DNA from: an uncultured Candidatus Saccharibacteria bacterium
Lineage (GTDB): Bacteria > Patescibacteriota > Saccharimonadia > Saccharimonadales > Saccharimonadaceae
Reading direction: 5' to 3'
Assembly: GCA_947085525.1 (NCBI GenBank)
Contig: CAMTWU010000003.1
Span: forward strand, 25,866 to 89,865
Length of the DNA stretch: 64,000 nt
The notes beneath the pieces were generated by a model, which saw only the letters and a program-made list of their open reading frames with translations, did not search any database and had not been told where the DNA came from. Position 1 is the first letter of the stretch. Every line of letters begins with the position of its first letter. Made by a program: the position numbers and the translations under genes. Of the stretch, positions 8,998-17,792 are shown in pieces.

Positions 8998-9066
8998 TCA
9001 AACCAAGACAAATATATTAATATTTCCCAATAACTCTACTATTTTGCCAGAATTGGGCAAAAAACT

Positions 9067-9651
9067 CTAGTCCGAAGTATCAGTAGGTGGTTTGCTGTGG
9101 GGTAGCGCAACTTTCGCCAAGGAGATGTGTTTGCGTCTAAATCTGCTGTGTATTACTGCTATTTCTTGTCGCTCTTTTTCACCTATTTCCAGAAACGCCA
9201 ATATAGCTTCTCTGTCATCTCCTGGTTCGCCAATAATATAATCAACGAATTTGGCAGCCTTATCCGCATCGAACCTTGTCTGGACATGACTCGCCTCGGC
9301 CGCATGATCCCGTATAGTAGGAGATATTTTGATGATTCGCAGTAATGAACCATTAGGCTGTATTGAAAAACTAATAATTTCATCACAAAAACTACCACCT
9401 AGCCAGTCAATCTTGCTACCCAATTCAGATGTGCGATCTATATCTTCGATACGTATTTGGTTTTCATCTCCGTATGTATTTGCTGGGGTTACATAAAAGT
9501 CTGGATCGAACTTTGCAAGTTCCTCTATGACATCATCAACATGAAAAGCTGCTACTACAAATTGATCAAACCTCCATTTGTCATCAGGTGGCTCAGGCTC
9601 TTTCCTCTCAAGCTTACGAACATTTGGTGGGAGATCAGGTATGTCTGTCAT
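9067..9651 (-). CDS. Hypothetical protein (194 aa)
   Basis: Clean ORF with no recognisable motif. The overlapping ORFs are shorter and compositionally odd. Confidence 0.5.
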   Translation of the reverse strand: MTDIPDLPPNVRKLERKEPEPPDDKWRFDQFVVAAFHVDDVIEELAKFDPDFYVTPANTYGDENQIRIEDIDRTSELGSKIDWLGGSFCDEIISFSIQPNGSLLRIIKISPTIRDHAAEASHVQTRFDADKAAKFVDYIIGEPGDDREAILAFLEIGEKERQEIAVIHSRFRRKHISLAKVALPHSKPPTDTSD

Positions 9652-9687
9652 GTCTTAATTATACTCTCTGGAAAACTTGGTTAAAGT

Positions 9688-10014
9688 TTAGCTAGCGTAC
9701 TTTTTGCCCCAGGTTGTCATAGCTTCGATCGCCGGCAATAGATCGCGACCTTTTTGTTCTAGCTGATATTGATCACCGGCGCAGCCTTCCATAGGTTGAT
9801 GAGAGATGATGCCTGCCTGTTCCAGGTCATCGAGTCGAGCCGATAATGTACGGGGATTGACGCCACCAACTGCACGTTGTATTTGGCAAAAACGTTGAGG
9901 GCTCACACCTAGGACGTATAAAATTTCGGCATTCCATTTGTGGCCAAGTGTATGCGCCGCAGCACTGACTTTGTCGCGGAGTGGGGTTGGAATGGTTGTT
10001 GTGTTCTGATTCAT
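9688..10014 (-). CDS. HxlR-family winged-helix transcriptional regulator
   Basis: 108 aa. The sequence KWNAEILYVLG..PQRFCQIQRAVGGVNPRTLSARLDDLEQAGII is the HxlR signature. It is divergent from an FMN reductase gene, which is the usual arrangement. Confidence 0.85.
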   Translation of the reverse strand: MNQNTTTIPTPLRDKVSAAAHTLGHKWNAEILYVLGVSPQRFCQIQRAVGGVNPRTLSARLDDLEQAGIISHQPMEGCAGDQYQLEQKGRDLLPAIEAMTTWGKKYAS

Positions 10015-10083
10015 TGTGCTATACTTTTTATAGTACTATACATTTTATAGTTTATAACTACATCTTACCACGGAGGGAGAAAC

Positions 10084-10650
10084 ATGGCAAAAATAGCAAT
10101 AATCGTAGGTTCAGTGCGTCCGAACAGAGTCGGTCCAAAAGTCGCAGACTGGTTTTATAAAAAAGCGTCAAAAGTTGAAGGGGTTGAGTTTGAATTAGTA
10201 GATTTGATCGACTACAAATTACCAATACTAGATGAACCATCGCCAGGTGCTCTGACTCACGAGCGTACCAAAAAATGGGCAGCAAAAATTGCTGAATTTG
10301 ATGGGTATGTTTTTGTGACACCAGAATACAACCACGGCATACCAGGGACTTTCAAAAACGCCATAGATTTCTTGAATCCACAGTGGCAACACAAGCCTGT
10401 GAGTTATGTGAGCTACGGTGTGATTGGTGGTCACAGAGCGGTTGAGCAACTTCGTCAAGTTGCTGCCCAGTTCAAAATGTATGATCTACGCGAACAAGTT
10501 TCGGTTGTTTCGCCATGGGAGTTGTTTAACGAAGCTGGTGATCTAGATGGTGATGAAATATATGGCAACAGTGCAGATAGAGTTATACAAGAGATAAGTT
10601 TCTGGGCGAATGAGCTCAAGCCTATTAGAGAAAAGCTTCAAACTGCATAA
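10084..10650 (+). CDS. NAD(P)H-dependent FMN reductase family oxidoreductase
   Basis: MAKIAIIVGSVRPNRVG...FVTPEYNHGIPGTFKNAIDFL is the flavodoxin-like FMN_red pattern. The SD is ggaggga. Confidence 0.85.
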   Translation: MAKIAIIVGSVRPNRVGPKVADWFYKKASKVEGVEFELVDLIDYKLPILDEPSPGALTHERTKKWAAKIAEFDGYVFVTPEYNHGIPGTFKNAIDFLNPQWQHKPVSYVSYGVIGGHRAVEQLRQVAAQFKMYDLREQVSVVSPWELFNEAGDLDGDEIYGNSADRVIQEISFWANELKPIREKLQTA

Positions 10651-10667
10651 AAGCTTGTGCTTTTTGC
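10649..10667 (+). terminator. Intrinsic terminator after the FMN reductase gene; also the left copy of a 19-bp inverted repeat
   Basis: AAAAGC-ttgt-GCTTTTTgc overlaps the TAA stop. Its exact reverse complement recurs at 11233-11251. Confidence 0.6.
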
Positions 10668-10692
10668 CCATATCTGATATCTTGTAAGCATT

Positions 10693-11220
10693 ATGGATTC
10701 AAATACACAAAACACACAACCAGAACAAAAACAAAGCATATGGTCAAAACTATTTGGCGGTAAAAAAGCTGAGCCCGTGGCTCCAACAACAGCTCCTAGC
10801 ACAGACGCGACTACTCCTAGTAGTGTACAGACTGCACCAACATTTCCTAGTACGCCAGCAGTTGATACTACTGCCCCAGTTTCAGAAGAACCAGCAACAA
10901 CTCCATCTTTTGGAGCACCTGCTGCGCCAGTGAGCGAAGAACCATCTCTACCACCTATCAATGATGAAGTTCCAACTTCGCCTGCTTACTTGGATACTCC
11001 AGCATCTATCACCGACACACCTGCAGTTGATGATGTTCCAGCTGACGATGCTAACAAAGTAGACGAAGCATTAAACGCATTACCACCGCTGCCAGTGACT
11101 CCTGATGTACCACCAACACCAAGTGTTGACGAAGTACCTCAACCTCCAGTTGACCCAATGGTAACACCAGTTCCTCCAACTGACGACCAACCTCCAGTTA
11201 GCCCAACAAGCCCTCTGTAG
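10693..11220 (+). CDS. Pro/Thr/Val/Asp-rich low-complexity (probably disordered) protein
   Basis: 175 aa with no TM helix and repeated PVSEEP and (D/T)TPA elements. An antisense shadow ORF is present, so the coding call rests mainly on length and ATG context. Confidence 0.45.
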   Translation: MDSNTQNTQPEQKQSIWSKLFGGKKAEPVAPTTAPSTDATTPSSVQTAPTFPSTPAVDTTAPVSEEPATTPSFGAPAAPVSEEPSLPPINDEVPTSPAYLDTPASITDTPAVDDVPADDANKVDEALNALPPLPVTPDVPPTPSVDEVPQPPVDPMVTPVPPTDDQPPVSPTSPL

Positions 11221-11232
11221 AGCAATATTGTT

Positions 11233-11263
11233 GCAAAAAGCACAAGCTTTTCATAAGCTTGTG
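11233..11263 (+). terminator. Hairpin region after the Pro-rich ORF; right copy of the 19-bp inverted repeat plus a 9-bp stem
   Basis: gcaaaaagcacaagctttt is the reverse complement of 10649-10667. In addition, CACAAGCTT-ttcat-AAGCTTGTG forms a local stem-loop. Confidence 0.5.
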
Positions 11264-11313
11264 GCGTTATAATAGAAGTACACCAATCTTTAACCTTAAA
11301 GAAGGGAGTACAT

Positions 11314-11691
11314 ATGAAGATAGCAACAAAAACACTAGTCAGTTTATTAATTATAACTGTACTAACTCTGAGCAGTAGCGGACTTGCGTCTGCCACAAAC
11401 GGAGATGGCACTCGCCGACAAGCCGCAGTCGAACGAATCACTCGTCGACATGACCGAAAACAAGAAATCACTGCCAGTTTATTAGGAATATCAACTGGTC
11501 AACTTCGCGAAGAGCTCAAAACATCAACTTTTGATCAAGTATTGAAAAAACATGGTTTTAAAACCCGTGAAGATTTCAGTATAGCTCTAGCTGGGAAAAT
11601 AAAGGACGAACTAAAGAAGCGTGGGTGGTCTGACGAAAAGATACAAAAAGTCGTAGATCACAGACTAGCGCGGATGAATGAAAAATACTAA
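11314..11691 (+). CDS. Small secreted protein of unknown function
   Basis: 125 aa with a signal-peptide-like N-terminus MKIATKTLVSLLIITVLTLSSSGLASA. The SD is aagggag. Confidence 0.55.
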   Translation: MKIATKTLVSLLIITVLTLSSSGLASATNGDGTRRQAAVERITRRHDRKQEITASLLGISTGQLREELKTSTFDQVLKKHGFKTREDFSIALAGKIKDELKKRGWSDEKIQKVVDHRLARMNEKY

Positions 11692-11703
11692 TATTAGTAG
11701 TAC

Positions 11704-12177
11704 ATGGATACACTAATACGTTTGATAGCCGATGGCTTGGTGCCAGTAGTTGCTGTGATTGGCGCGTACTATCTGATATTTCAGCTACCTAAACAATCTA
11801 ATCGCCAGCAGGCATATGCTCGGATAGTTATGGCGGGTCTCACTGCACTATTAGCTGCAAAGATCGTCGCGAGTTTTTACCAGCCTGATGCCGCTCGACC
11901 ATTCGTCGAGATGGGCGTTGCCGCCAAAGCAGCCTATTTAGATAACGCTGGCTTTCCATCTGATCACGTGTTGTTTGCTAGTGCAATTGCCTATGCTGTG
12001 TGGTTTGAAACCAAGCGGCGCAATGTTGCAACTATGCTATTTGTGCTAGTTGCTGTGATCGCCCTAGGGCGAGTGTTAGCCCTCGTCCACTCGCCGTTAG
12101 ATGTAGTAGGTGGATTTATCTTCGCCTCATTTGGCGCATTGTGGTACCTGACAAAACCCAAAACAACCAAAACATAG
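11704..12177 (+). CDS. PAP2-family membrane phosphatase (second copy in the window)
   Basis: 157 aa with degenerate PAP2 motifs: DAARPF, GFPSDH and GRVLALVHSPLDVVGG. Confidence 0.65.
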   Translation: MDTLIRLIADGLVPVVAVIGAYYLIFQLPKQSNRQQAYARIVMAGLTALLAAKIVASFYQPDAARPFVEMGVAAKAAYLDNAGFPSDHVLFASAIAYAVWFETKRRNVATMLFVLVAVIALGRVLALVHSPLDVVGGFIFASFGALWYLTKPKTTKT

Positions 12178-12201
12178 CCGTTATTTTGCTACAATAGATA
12201 T

Positions 12202-13269
12202 ATGAATAGTTTGGGACTCATCATAGGGGTAATAGTAATTGCAGTGATCGTGATCGTTGCGGCGATCTATTTTGTTGGTCAAAAAATGTTATTGCAGCTA
12301 GCCACCGCGAATGAAGACAAACGAAAAGGCAGTAAAGAAGAGATCGAGTCGGGTGTCAAAGGGATACTAGCTGACAATCAGAAATTATTAGCTGAAATAA
12401 CCAAAAACCTAGAAAAACAACTAGACAGTAGTCGTCGAGAAGTTGGTGGACTGAAAGAGCAAAATGCTGCGATCCGTGAACAGTTATTAAATACTGCGAA
12501 AATTACCGAAGGACTACAAGTTTCAACTGATGGGTTAAAAAATCTACTGTCGAACAATCGGCTGCGCGGCGAATGGGGCGAGCAAATCGCCGAAGATTTA
12601 TTGTTGGCGGCTGGCTTTGTCGAAAAAGTAAACTTTGTCAAACAAAGCACGACTGCGGCTGGACGACCGGACTTCACTATCTTGCTACCTGACGGATCAA
12701 AACTAAATGTCGATGCCAAGTTCCCCTTTGACGAGTTAATTTCATACCAAAAAGCTACGACTCCGCAGGAACGCAAACAAATCCTCAAGAAATTTTCCGA
12801 CTCGATCAAGACAAAGGTAAAGGAAGTGACCTCAAAAGATTATATAAATCCACAAGACAACACTCTGGATTTTGTAGTGATGTTCATACCGAACGAGATG
12901 ATCTTTAGTTTTATTTATGAAAAACTACCAGAGATAAATGAATATTGTAATCAACGGAAAGTAATCTTGGCTGGTCCGTTCGGTTTCACCGCAGTGCTGC
13001 GGCTCGTCATGCAAGCCTACAAAAACTTTGGTTACGAAAAGAACCTGCAAGAAATATTTGGTCTTGTTTCAAAATTCCAGGACGAATATGTAAAGTTTGG
13101 TGATCATGTGCAGCGACTCGGCACGCAAATAGATACCGCCCAAAAGACATTTCACGAAGTCGAAGGCGTTCGTCACAGGACGCTGTCGAAAGTTGCTGAT
13201 CAAATAGCTAGCAAATCGCAGCTATCGGCTGGAAAGTCTGAGAGCGATAGACTAAAGATTAGTGACTAG
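12202..13269 (+). CDS. rmuC: DNA recombination protein RmuC
   Basis: 355 aa with an N-terminal TM helix and a coiled coil. It then carries the RmuC nuclease core GRPDFTILLPDGSKLNVDAKFP...FVVMFIPNE. Confidence 0.85.
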   Translation: MNSLGLIIGVIVIAVIVIVAAIYFVGQKMLLQLATANEDKRKGSKEEIESGVKGILADNQKLLAEITKNLEKQLDSSRREVGGLKEQNAAIREQLLNTAKITEGLQVSTDGLKNLLSNNRLRGEWGEQIAEDLLLAAGFVEKVNFVKQSTTAAGRPDFTILLPDGSKLNVDAKFPFDELISYQKATTPQERKQILKKFSDSIKTKVKEVTSKDYINPQDNTLDFVVMFIPNEMIFSFIYEKLPEINEYCNQRKVILAGPFGFTAVLRLVMQAYKNFGYEKNLQEIFGLVSKFQDEYVKFGDHVQRLGTQIDTAQKTFHEVEGVRHRTLSKVADQIASKSQLSAGKSESDRLKISD

Positions 13270-13737
13270 TAGGCAAGCGGCAATCAATAACACAGTTGCT
13301 ACAAGTGCAATCACTAGATTATAAGTTCGCAGTATCCATGCAAACGCAAAGTATGCGAGTGCACTGAGTACAGTCAGTAGTAGTAGTTGTATTGGCCACG
13401 CGATTTTGTCTAGAAATGCACCATATATGCCCCACAAACTGATTGTGACAGATACGCCGACTAGCAGAGGTCTGTAAACAGATGCTTGCACCAGCATGAC
13501 AACTGCCAAAATAGCAGCGATGATACTGGCGATATGGAATGACACTTGTGAGCTCTGTGCACAGGTCGATACGTCACTACCGCTACACATAGCAGGCTGC
13601 AAGACAACTTTGTCGATAGCGAGTGTTAGGACGAGAGTCACGATACCAGCAACGATACCAGTCAACAAGATACCCAAAAAAATTCGGCGAGTGAAGTTCG
13701 CAAACGGTGAATCTAGCTGTAGTAAGTCATTATCCAT
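13252..13737 (-). CDS. Hypothetical polytopic membrane protein
   Basis: 161 aa with four hydrophobic helices. It is convergent with rmuC and overlaps it by 18 nt. Confidence 0.5.
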   Translation of the reverse strand: MDNDLLQLDSPFANFTRRIFLGILLTGIVAGIVTLVLTLAIDKVVLQPAMCSGSDVSTCAQSSQVSFHIASIIAAILAVVMLVQASVYRPLLVGVSVTISLWGIYGAFLDKIAWPIQLLLLTVLSALAYFAFAWILRTYNLVIALVATVLLIAACLLVTNL

Positions 13738-13824
13738 ATATATCTATCTCTTTTCTTTCATTATCATAAACTATTTTATATATTTATGCAAGGATATGCT
13801 ACCGTCTGTCTGGCAGAAGATAGA

Positions 13825-13853
13825 TTGACAGGTTATCTATTGCTATGTACAAT
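13825..13853 (+). promoter_or_regulatory. Sigma70-type promoter of the aquaporin gene
   Basis: TTGACA (13825-13830), a 17-nt spacer, then TACAAT (13848-13853). The track ORF's ATG at 13845 lies inside the -10 region, so the true start is 13893. Confidence 0.65.
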
Positions 13854-13892
13854 TGCCTTTATAAAGTAGATAAACGGAAGGATTACCAGATT

Positions 13893-14666
13893 ATGGCAAC
13901 TAAAAAAGCCAGTACAAAGAAAACAACAACTGTAATAAAAAAGGTAGCTAACAACAGTTCATCTAATAGCGCATCCGACATGGTCATGAATACACCAGTA
14001 GGCGCGCTATTTGGCGAGCTGATCGGGACGTTTCTATTAGCTAGTATCGTGATCGCAACGCAAGGTCAGCCGATTTTCGTACTATTTGCACTAGTTGCAA
14101 TCGTACTCACTGTCGGTAACCTATCAGGTGCTCACGTGAACCCGGCAATTACATTTGGTGCATGGGCAACCAAAAAGATTCCTACAGCAAAAGCTGTCGG
14201 TTACATCATTTTCCAGGTTCTAGGTGCAATGCTAGCGTTTGCAGCATTGAACGCACTACTAGGTGGTCAAGCACCAGTAGCAAACCAATTAACTGGTCAG
14301 GCTCAGAAACCAGAACTGTTTGCTGCAACTCAGCTGACAGATGGTAAAGAATGGTACGCATTCTGGGCAAGCCTGCTCGGTATGGCTGTTTTTGCATTTG
14401 CATGGTCAAGTGCTTTCCGAGAAGTAAAGGAACGCTTTACAGCAGCTTACACCGTTGCTGGTGGTTTGTTCCTAGGTTTGATCATTGCAGGCTCAACTGC
14501 AATCTTGAACCCAGCAGTCGCAGTATCTTTGCAGGCATTCACAAACCTCAAAGGCGACAGTGCAGTTTGGTACGCAGTACTCGCACAAGTAATCGCGCCA
14601 CTGCTTGGTGCAGCGCTTGGTTTCTTCCTATACGACTACCTACGTCGTGACGTTGATAGCAAATAA
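13893..14666 (+). CDS. MIP-family channel (aquaporin / glycerol facilitator)
   Basis: Two NPA boxes (SGAHVNPAITFG and ILNPAVAVS) and six TM helices. The start is moved to the ATG preceded by SD ggaagga. Confidence 0.85.
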   Translation: MATKKASTKKTTTVIKKVANNSSSNSASDMVMNTPVGALFGELIGTFLLASIVIATQGQPIFVLFALVAIVLTVGNLSGAHVNPAITFGAWATKKIPTAKAVGYIIFQVLGAMLAFAALNALLGGQAPVANQLTGQAQKPELFAATQLTDGKEWYAFWASLLGMAVFAFAWSSAFREVKERFTAAYTVAGGLFLGLIIAGSTAILNPAVAVSLQAFTNLKGDSAVWYAVLAQVIAPLLGAALGFFLYDYLRRDVDSK

Positions 14667-14686
14667 CAGGTAACATAACCTTTACG

Positions 14687-14717
14687 AAAAACCCGCCTTT
14701 AATCAGGCGGGTTTTTC
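14687..14717 (+). terminator. Rho-independent terminator
   Basis: AAAAACCCGCC-tttaatca-GGCGGGTTTTT lies directly after the aquaporin stop. Confidence 0.85.
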
Positions 14718-14728
14718 GTGCTAAGATA

Positions 14729-14956
14729 ATGGTAATGGCATTATTTGTAAATCGAGAAGAAAAACGTTCGCAGTATCAAGAAAAGATAGCTGCTGATTTA
14801 AAAGGTAAACTTGCGACTCAGGATATAAAAGCCAAAGAAGTCGAGTCAACTATGCTAGAGGATGTTCACCAAACTCGCCTGGCAGGACTGATCATAGGTA
14901 TATTGCTACTGTTGGTATTTATAGCAGTAATTGTCCTGATGTTTAAACTTGGTTAA
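14729..14956 (+). CDS. Small membrane protein (75 aa)
   Basis: Charged N-terminal half and a single C-terminal TM helix (LAGLIIGILLLLVFIAVIVLMF). Confidence 0.45.
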   Translation: MVMALFVNREEKRSQYQEKIAADLKGKLATQDIKAKEVESTMLEDVHQTRLAGLIIGILLLLVFIAVIVLMFKLG

Positions 14957-14977
14957 ACTATAAACACAAGCAATATT

Positions 14978-15844
14978 ATGGATCCACAACACAACGACTC
15001 AACTGATACAAATCAGACCACAACGAAAAATGACGAAATTTTCGTCCTCAAACCAGAACCGAAAGAACCCGTCAGTAAAAAGACTGTATGGCTCACTATT
15101 GGGCTGGCAGTATTAGGTATAGTTGTCTTGATCGTCGTGTTCATGCTTGCAATCATTGGCTTTGCTGGCAGTTTGGCTGATGATTATCGCCAGCTAGCGT
15201 CTGTACAGGTACAAAAAGTTAATGCACCGCTAAAAGACCTAGAACCCAGCAGAGGTTTGAATAACCGTAATATTGAACCTGCGATTAACAAGATATATAT
15301 CAGCAAACAATCACAGCCATCACTAGAAAACACACTGTTTGTTGGTGATCTCAGTAGCAAATATGTCACGGCTAAAAAACAACAGATAAGTACTATTGCC
15401 TATTACAAGGATCTCGATCTCTACACTACACAGCTCGAACAACTCATAAAGTTTGATGACGCCGTAGAAAAAATTAGCGTACAAGAAATCGATGTTGTCT
15501 CAAAAGCTAACCCCAATGATTCTCTGAACCTTCGTTCGGTTGCCGGTAATCACAAAGATTTTGCCGAACAAATAGAAAAAATTCCTACTCCCGCCCAACT
15601 AAAGAAACTGCAAAAAGATCTAGTGAAAAGCTACCAAGCCAGAGCTGATATCTATACGAAGTGGGCTCTCGCTATAGAGTCTGGTGACAAATCGGTCATT
15701 GGAACCTTGCAAACCCAGTTGCAAGTACTCAAGGCCAAGGCAGCGACCCAGGTGACTGACAAAAACCTTGTCGTGTTGTTCACCCCCTCGTATGCAAAAC
15801 TTGCAGCCCAGCAAAAAGCACTCGAAACTGCACTGTCAAACTGA
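14978..15844 (+). CDS. Membrane-anchored hypothetical protein (288 aa)
   Basis: One TM helix (VWLTIGLAVLGIVVLIVVFMLAIIGFAG) followed by a helical, Lys/Gln-rich ectodomain. No known motif. Confidence 0.55.
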   Translation: MDPQHNDSTDTNQTTTKNDEIFVLKPEPKEPVSKKTVWLTIGLAVLGIVVLIVVFMLAIIGFAGSLADDYRQLASVQVQKVNAPLKDLEPSRGLNNRNIEPAINKIYISKQSQPSLENTLFVGDLSSKYVTAKKQQISTIAYYKDLDLYTTQLEQLIKFDDAVEKISVQEIDVVSKANPNDSLNLRSVAGNHKDFAEQIEKIPTPAQLKKLQKDLVKSYQARADIYTKWALAIESGDKSVIGTLQTQLQVLKAKAATQVTDKNLVVLFTPSYAKLAAQQKALETALSN

Positions 15845-15862
15845 TATACTAGCTATCAGTAT

Positions 15863-16873
15863 ATGAGTGTTTCCGTTGATCAAATTCAAAAAAAACTAGC
15901 TCAGGCTATTGCCGAGTCAGCTTCGCCTCGCGAAGTGTTGAGATCAAATGAACTCAAAAATCTATATAGTCAGTTACCGAAATTACCTGCAGATGAACGT
16001 GCAGCCTACGGTCAAAAGATAAATACTCTCAAGAAACATCTAGAAACAGCAGTATCAGAACGAGAAGCAGAGTTGGTATCTGCAGATATCGAACCGATAG
16101 ATGTGACGGCTCCATTTGATTTCAACACTGCGTTGCCTGATTTATTGCCAGCTGAAAACGGTACAATTCACCCTCTCAACACTGAACTGGCTCGGATAAT
16201 AGATATTTTCACCCGCATGGGCTTCAGGGCAGTCGAGTCTCGGCAATTAGATGACGATTATCATATGTTTACTAGCCTCAACTTTCCCGAAAACCATCCG
16301 GCGCGTGATGGTTATGATACATTTCGCACATCCGAAGGACTCATACCTCCAGCTCACACCAGTACTATGCAAAACCGTATATTAAAGGCTGGCAAAAAAG
16401 AGTTAGAAAAAGGTGGTCAAATAGCCGCGATCAGTTATGGCCGTGTCTTCCGTAACGAAGATGTTGATGCGACACACGAGCATACGTTTTATCAAGTCGA
16501 AGGTATTTTTGTGAGTGAAACAGCTAATATGAGCCAAATGCTAGGTACATTGCGTAGCTTTTTCGAAACATATTACGGCCAGCAACTCAAAACCAAAACC
16601 CAACCAGCGTATTTTCCATTTGTCGAACCAGGTCTAGAATTTGCGATCGAGAAACCTGCAGCACTGAACGGCAAGCCAGGCGAATGGCTCGAGATGCTAG
16701 GCTGTGGCATGATACATCCGAACGTTTTGCGTGAGGCAGGTATCGACGGATCAAAATATCGAGGTTTTGCCTGGGGCGGCGGAGTCGAACGTTTAGTCAT
16801 GCTCAAATACGGCATTGAAGATTTGCGTCACTTTGAATCAGGTAAATTAGCATTCTTGAGGAAGTTTGTATGA
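15863..16873 (+). CDS. pheS: Phenylalanine--tRNA ligase alpha subunit
   Basis: 336 aa with class II motifs (HPARD, FRNE..DATH and GxGxERL: AWGGGVERLVMLKYGI). Confidence 0.95.
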   Translation: MSVSVDQIQKKLAQAIAESASPREVLRSNELKNLYSQLPKLPADERAAYGQKINTLKKHLETAVSEREAELVSADIEPIDVTAPFDFNTALPDLLPAENGTIHPLNTELARIIDIFTRMGFRAVESRQLDDDYHMFTSLNFPENHPARDGYDTFRTSEGLIPPAHTSTMQNRILKAGKKELEKGGQIAAISYGRVFRNEDVDATHEHTFYQVEGIFVSETANMSQMLGTLRSFFETYYGQQLKTKTQPAYFPFVEPGLEFAIEKPAALNGKPGEWLEMLGCGMIHPNVLREAGIDGSKYRGFAWGGGVERLVMLKYGIEDLRHFESGKLAFLRKFV

Positions 16874-17337
16874 ATGATATAGCTAAAGCAATTTTGAATA
16901 ATAATAAGTACGCAGTACTATCGACAGTTCGTGAAGATGGCGCACCATGGGCAACGCCTGTTCATATCGCACATGATGATAAAAATGTGTATTGGCTATC
17001 GAATGATGACACAATTCATTCTATCAATCTTGCTCGTGACGATCGTGCGTTTTTGACTATATTTAATTCTCAGCAAAAATCGTCAGATGATGTAGGTGAT
17101 CATGGCGCCTTGTATATTTCAACAAAAGTACGTCGACTAAGTGGTATAGAAGCCGACAAGGCGAGAGCGATCTTCGAGCTCCAGCATCCACAAAATAAAA
17201 GCAGTACACTCGGTGATTGGAGTGTTTTTTGTTCACCAATTGGTGTATTAAACCCAGCGAAGACAAATGACGATCGTGTGTATTACCAACATGTCCAAGA
17301 GGGTACAGAGTCGACATTTTTAAGGAAGTCTTCATGA
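16870..17337 (+). CDS. Pyridoxamine 5'-phosphate oxidase-like (split-barrel FMN-binding) family protein
   Basis: 155 aa. The sequence NNKYAVLSTVREDGAPWATPVHIAHDDKNVYWLS is the PNPOx-like pattern. ATGA overlap with pheS. Confidence 0.65.
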   Translation: MNDIAKAILNNNKYAVLSTVREDGAPWATPVHIAHDDKNVYWLSNDDTIHSINLARDDRAFLTIFNSQQKSSDDVGDHGALYISTKVRRLSGIEADKARAIFELQHPQNKSSTLGDWSVFCSPIGVLNPAKTNDDRVYYQHVQEGTESTFLRKSS

Positions 17338-17792
17338 ACAGTCAACAACGATTCAAATTAATACCCGCAGTCTATTTGATTCTTCGTAATGAAGACAAGG
17401 TTTTATTACTTGAGCGTCAGAATACAGGATATCAAGATGGAATGCGAAGTTTAGTAGCAGGTCATTTAGATGGTGGTGAGCTTGCAACGCAGGCTATGAT
17501 ACGCGAAGCAAAAGAGGAGGCCGGAATAACTATACAACCTGAAGACCTAAAGCTTGCGTACACAACACATAGACTTAGTGGTGATATAGAAAACGAGAGA
17601 ATTGATCTATTTTTTGAATGTTCTCATTGGCAGGGCGAAATACAGAACATGGAGCCAACAAAATGTTCAGACCTTTCATGGTTCTCTATGCAGTCGCTAC
17701 CCGATAACCTTATTGCCCACATCAAGATAGTTTTAAAAGATATCTCGCAAGGAAATAGTTTTTCGGAATACACAGAGGAGCCAACCACATGA
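17334..17792 (+). CDS. NUDIX hydrolase
   Basis: Nudix box GHLDGGELATQAMIREAKEEAGI (Gx5Ex7REUxEExGU). ATGA overlaps at both ends. Confidence 0.85.
   Translation: MNSQQRFKLIPAVYLILRNEDKVLLLERQNTGYQDGMRSLVAGHLDGGELATQAMIREAKEEAGITIQPEDLKLAYTTHRLSGDIENERIDLFFECSHWQGEIQNMEPTKCSDLSWFSMQSLPDNLIAHIKIVLKDISQGNSFSEYTEEPTT

Noticed and set aside
13845-13892. The upstream ATG at 13845 as the aquaporin start.
   Set aside because: That ATG sits inside the -10 hexamer of the TTGACA-17-TACAAT promoter. The ATG at 13893 has an SD (ggaagga).
15845-15862. A T-box or attenuator leader upstream of pheS.
   Set aside because: Only 18 nt separate pheS from the preceding gene, which leaves no room for a T-box riboswitch.
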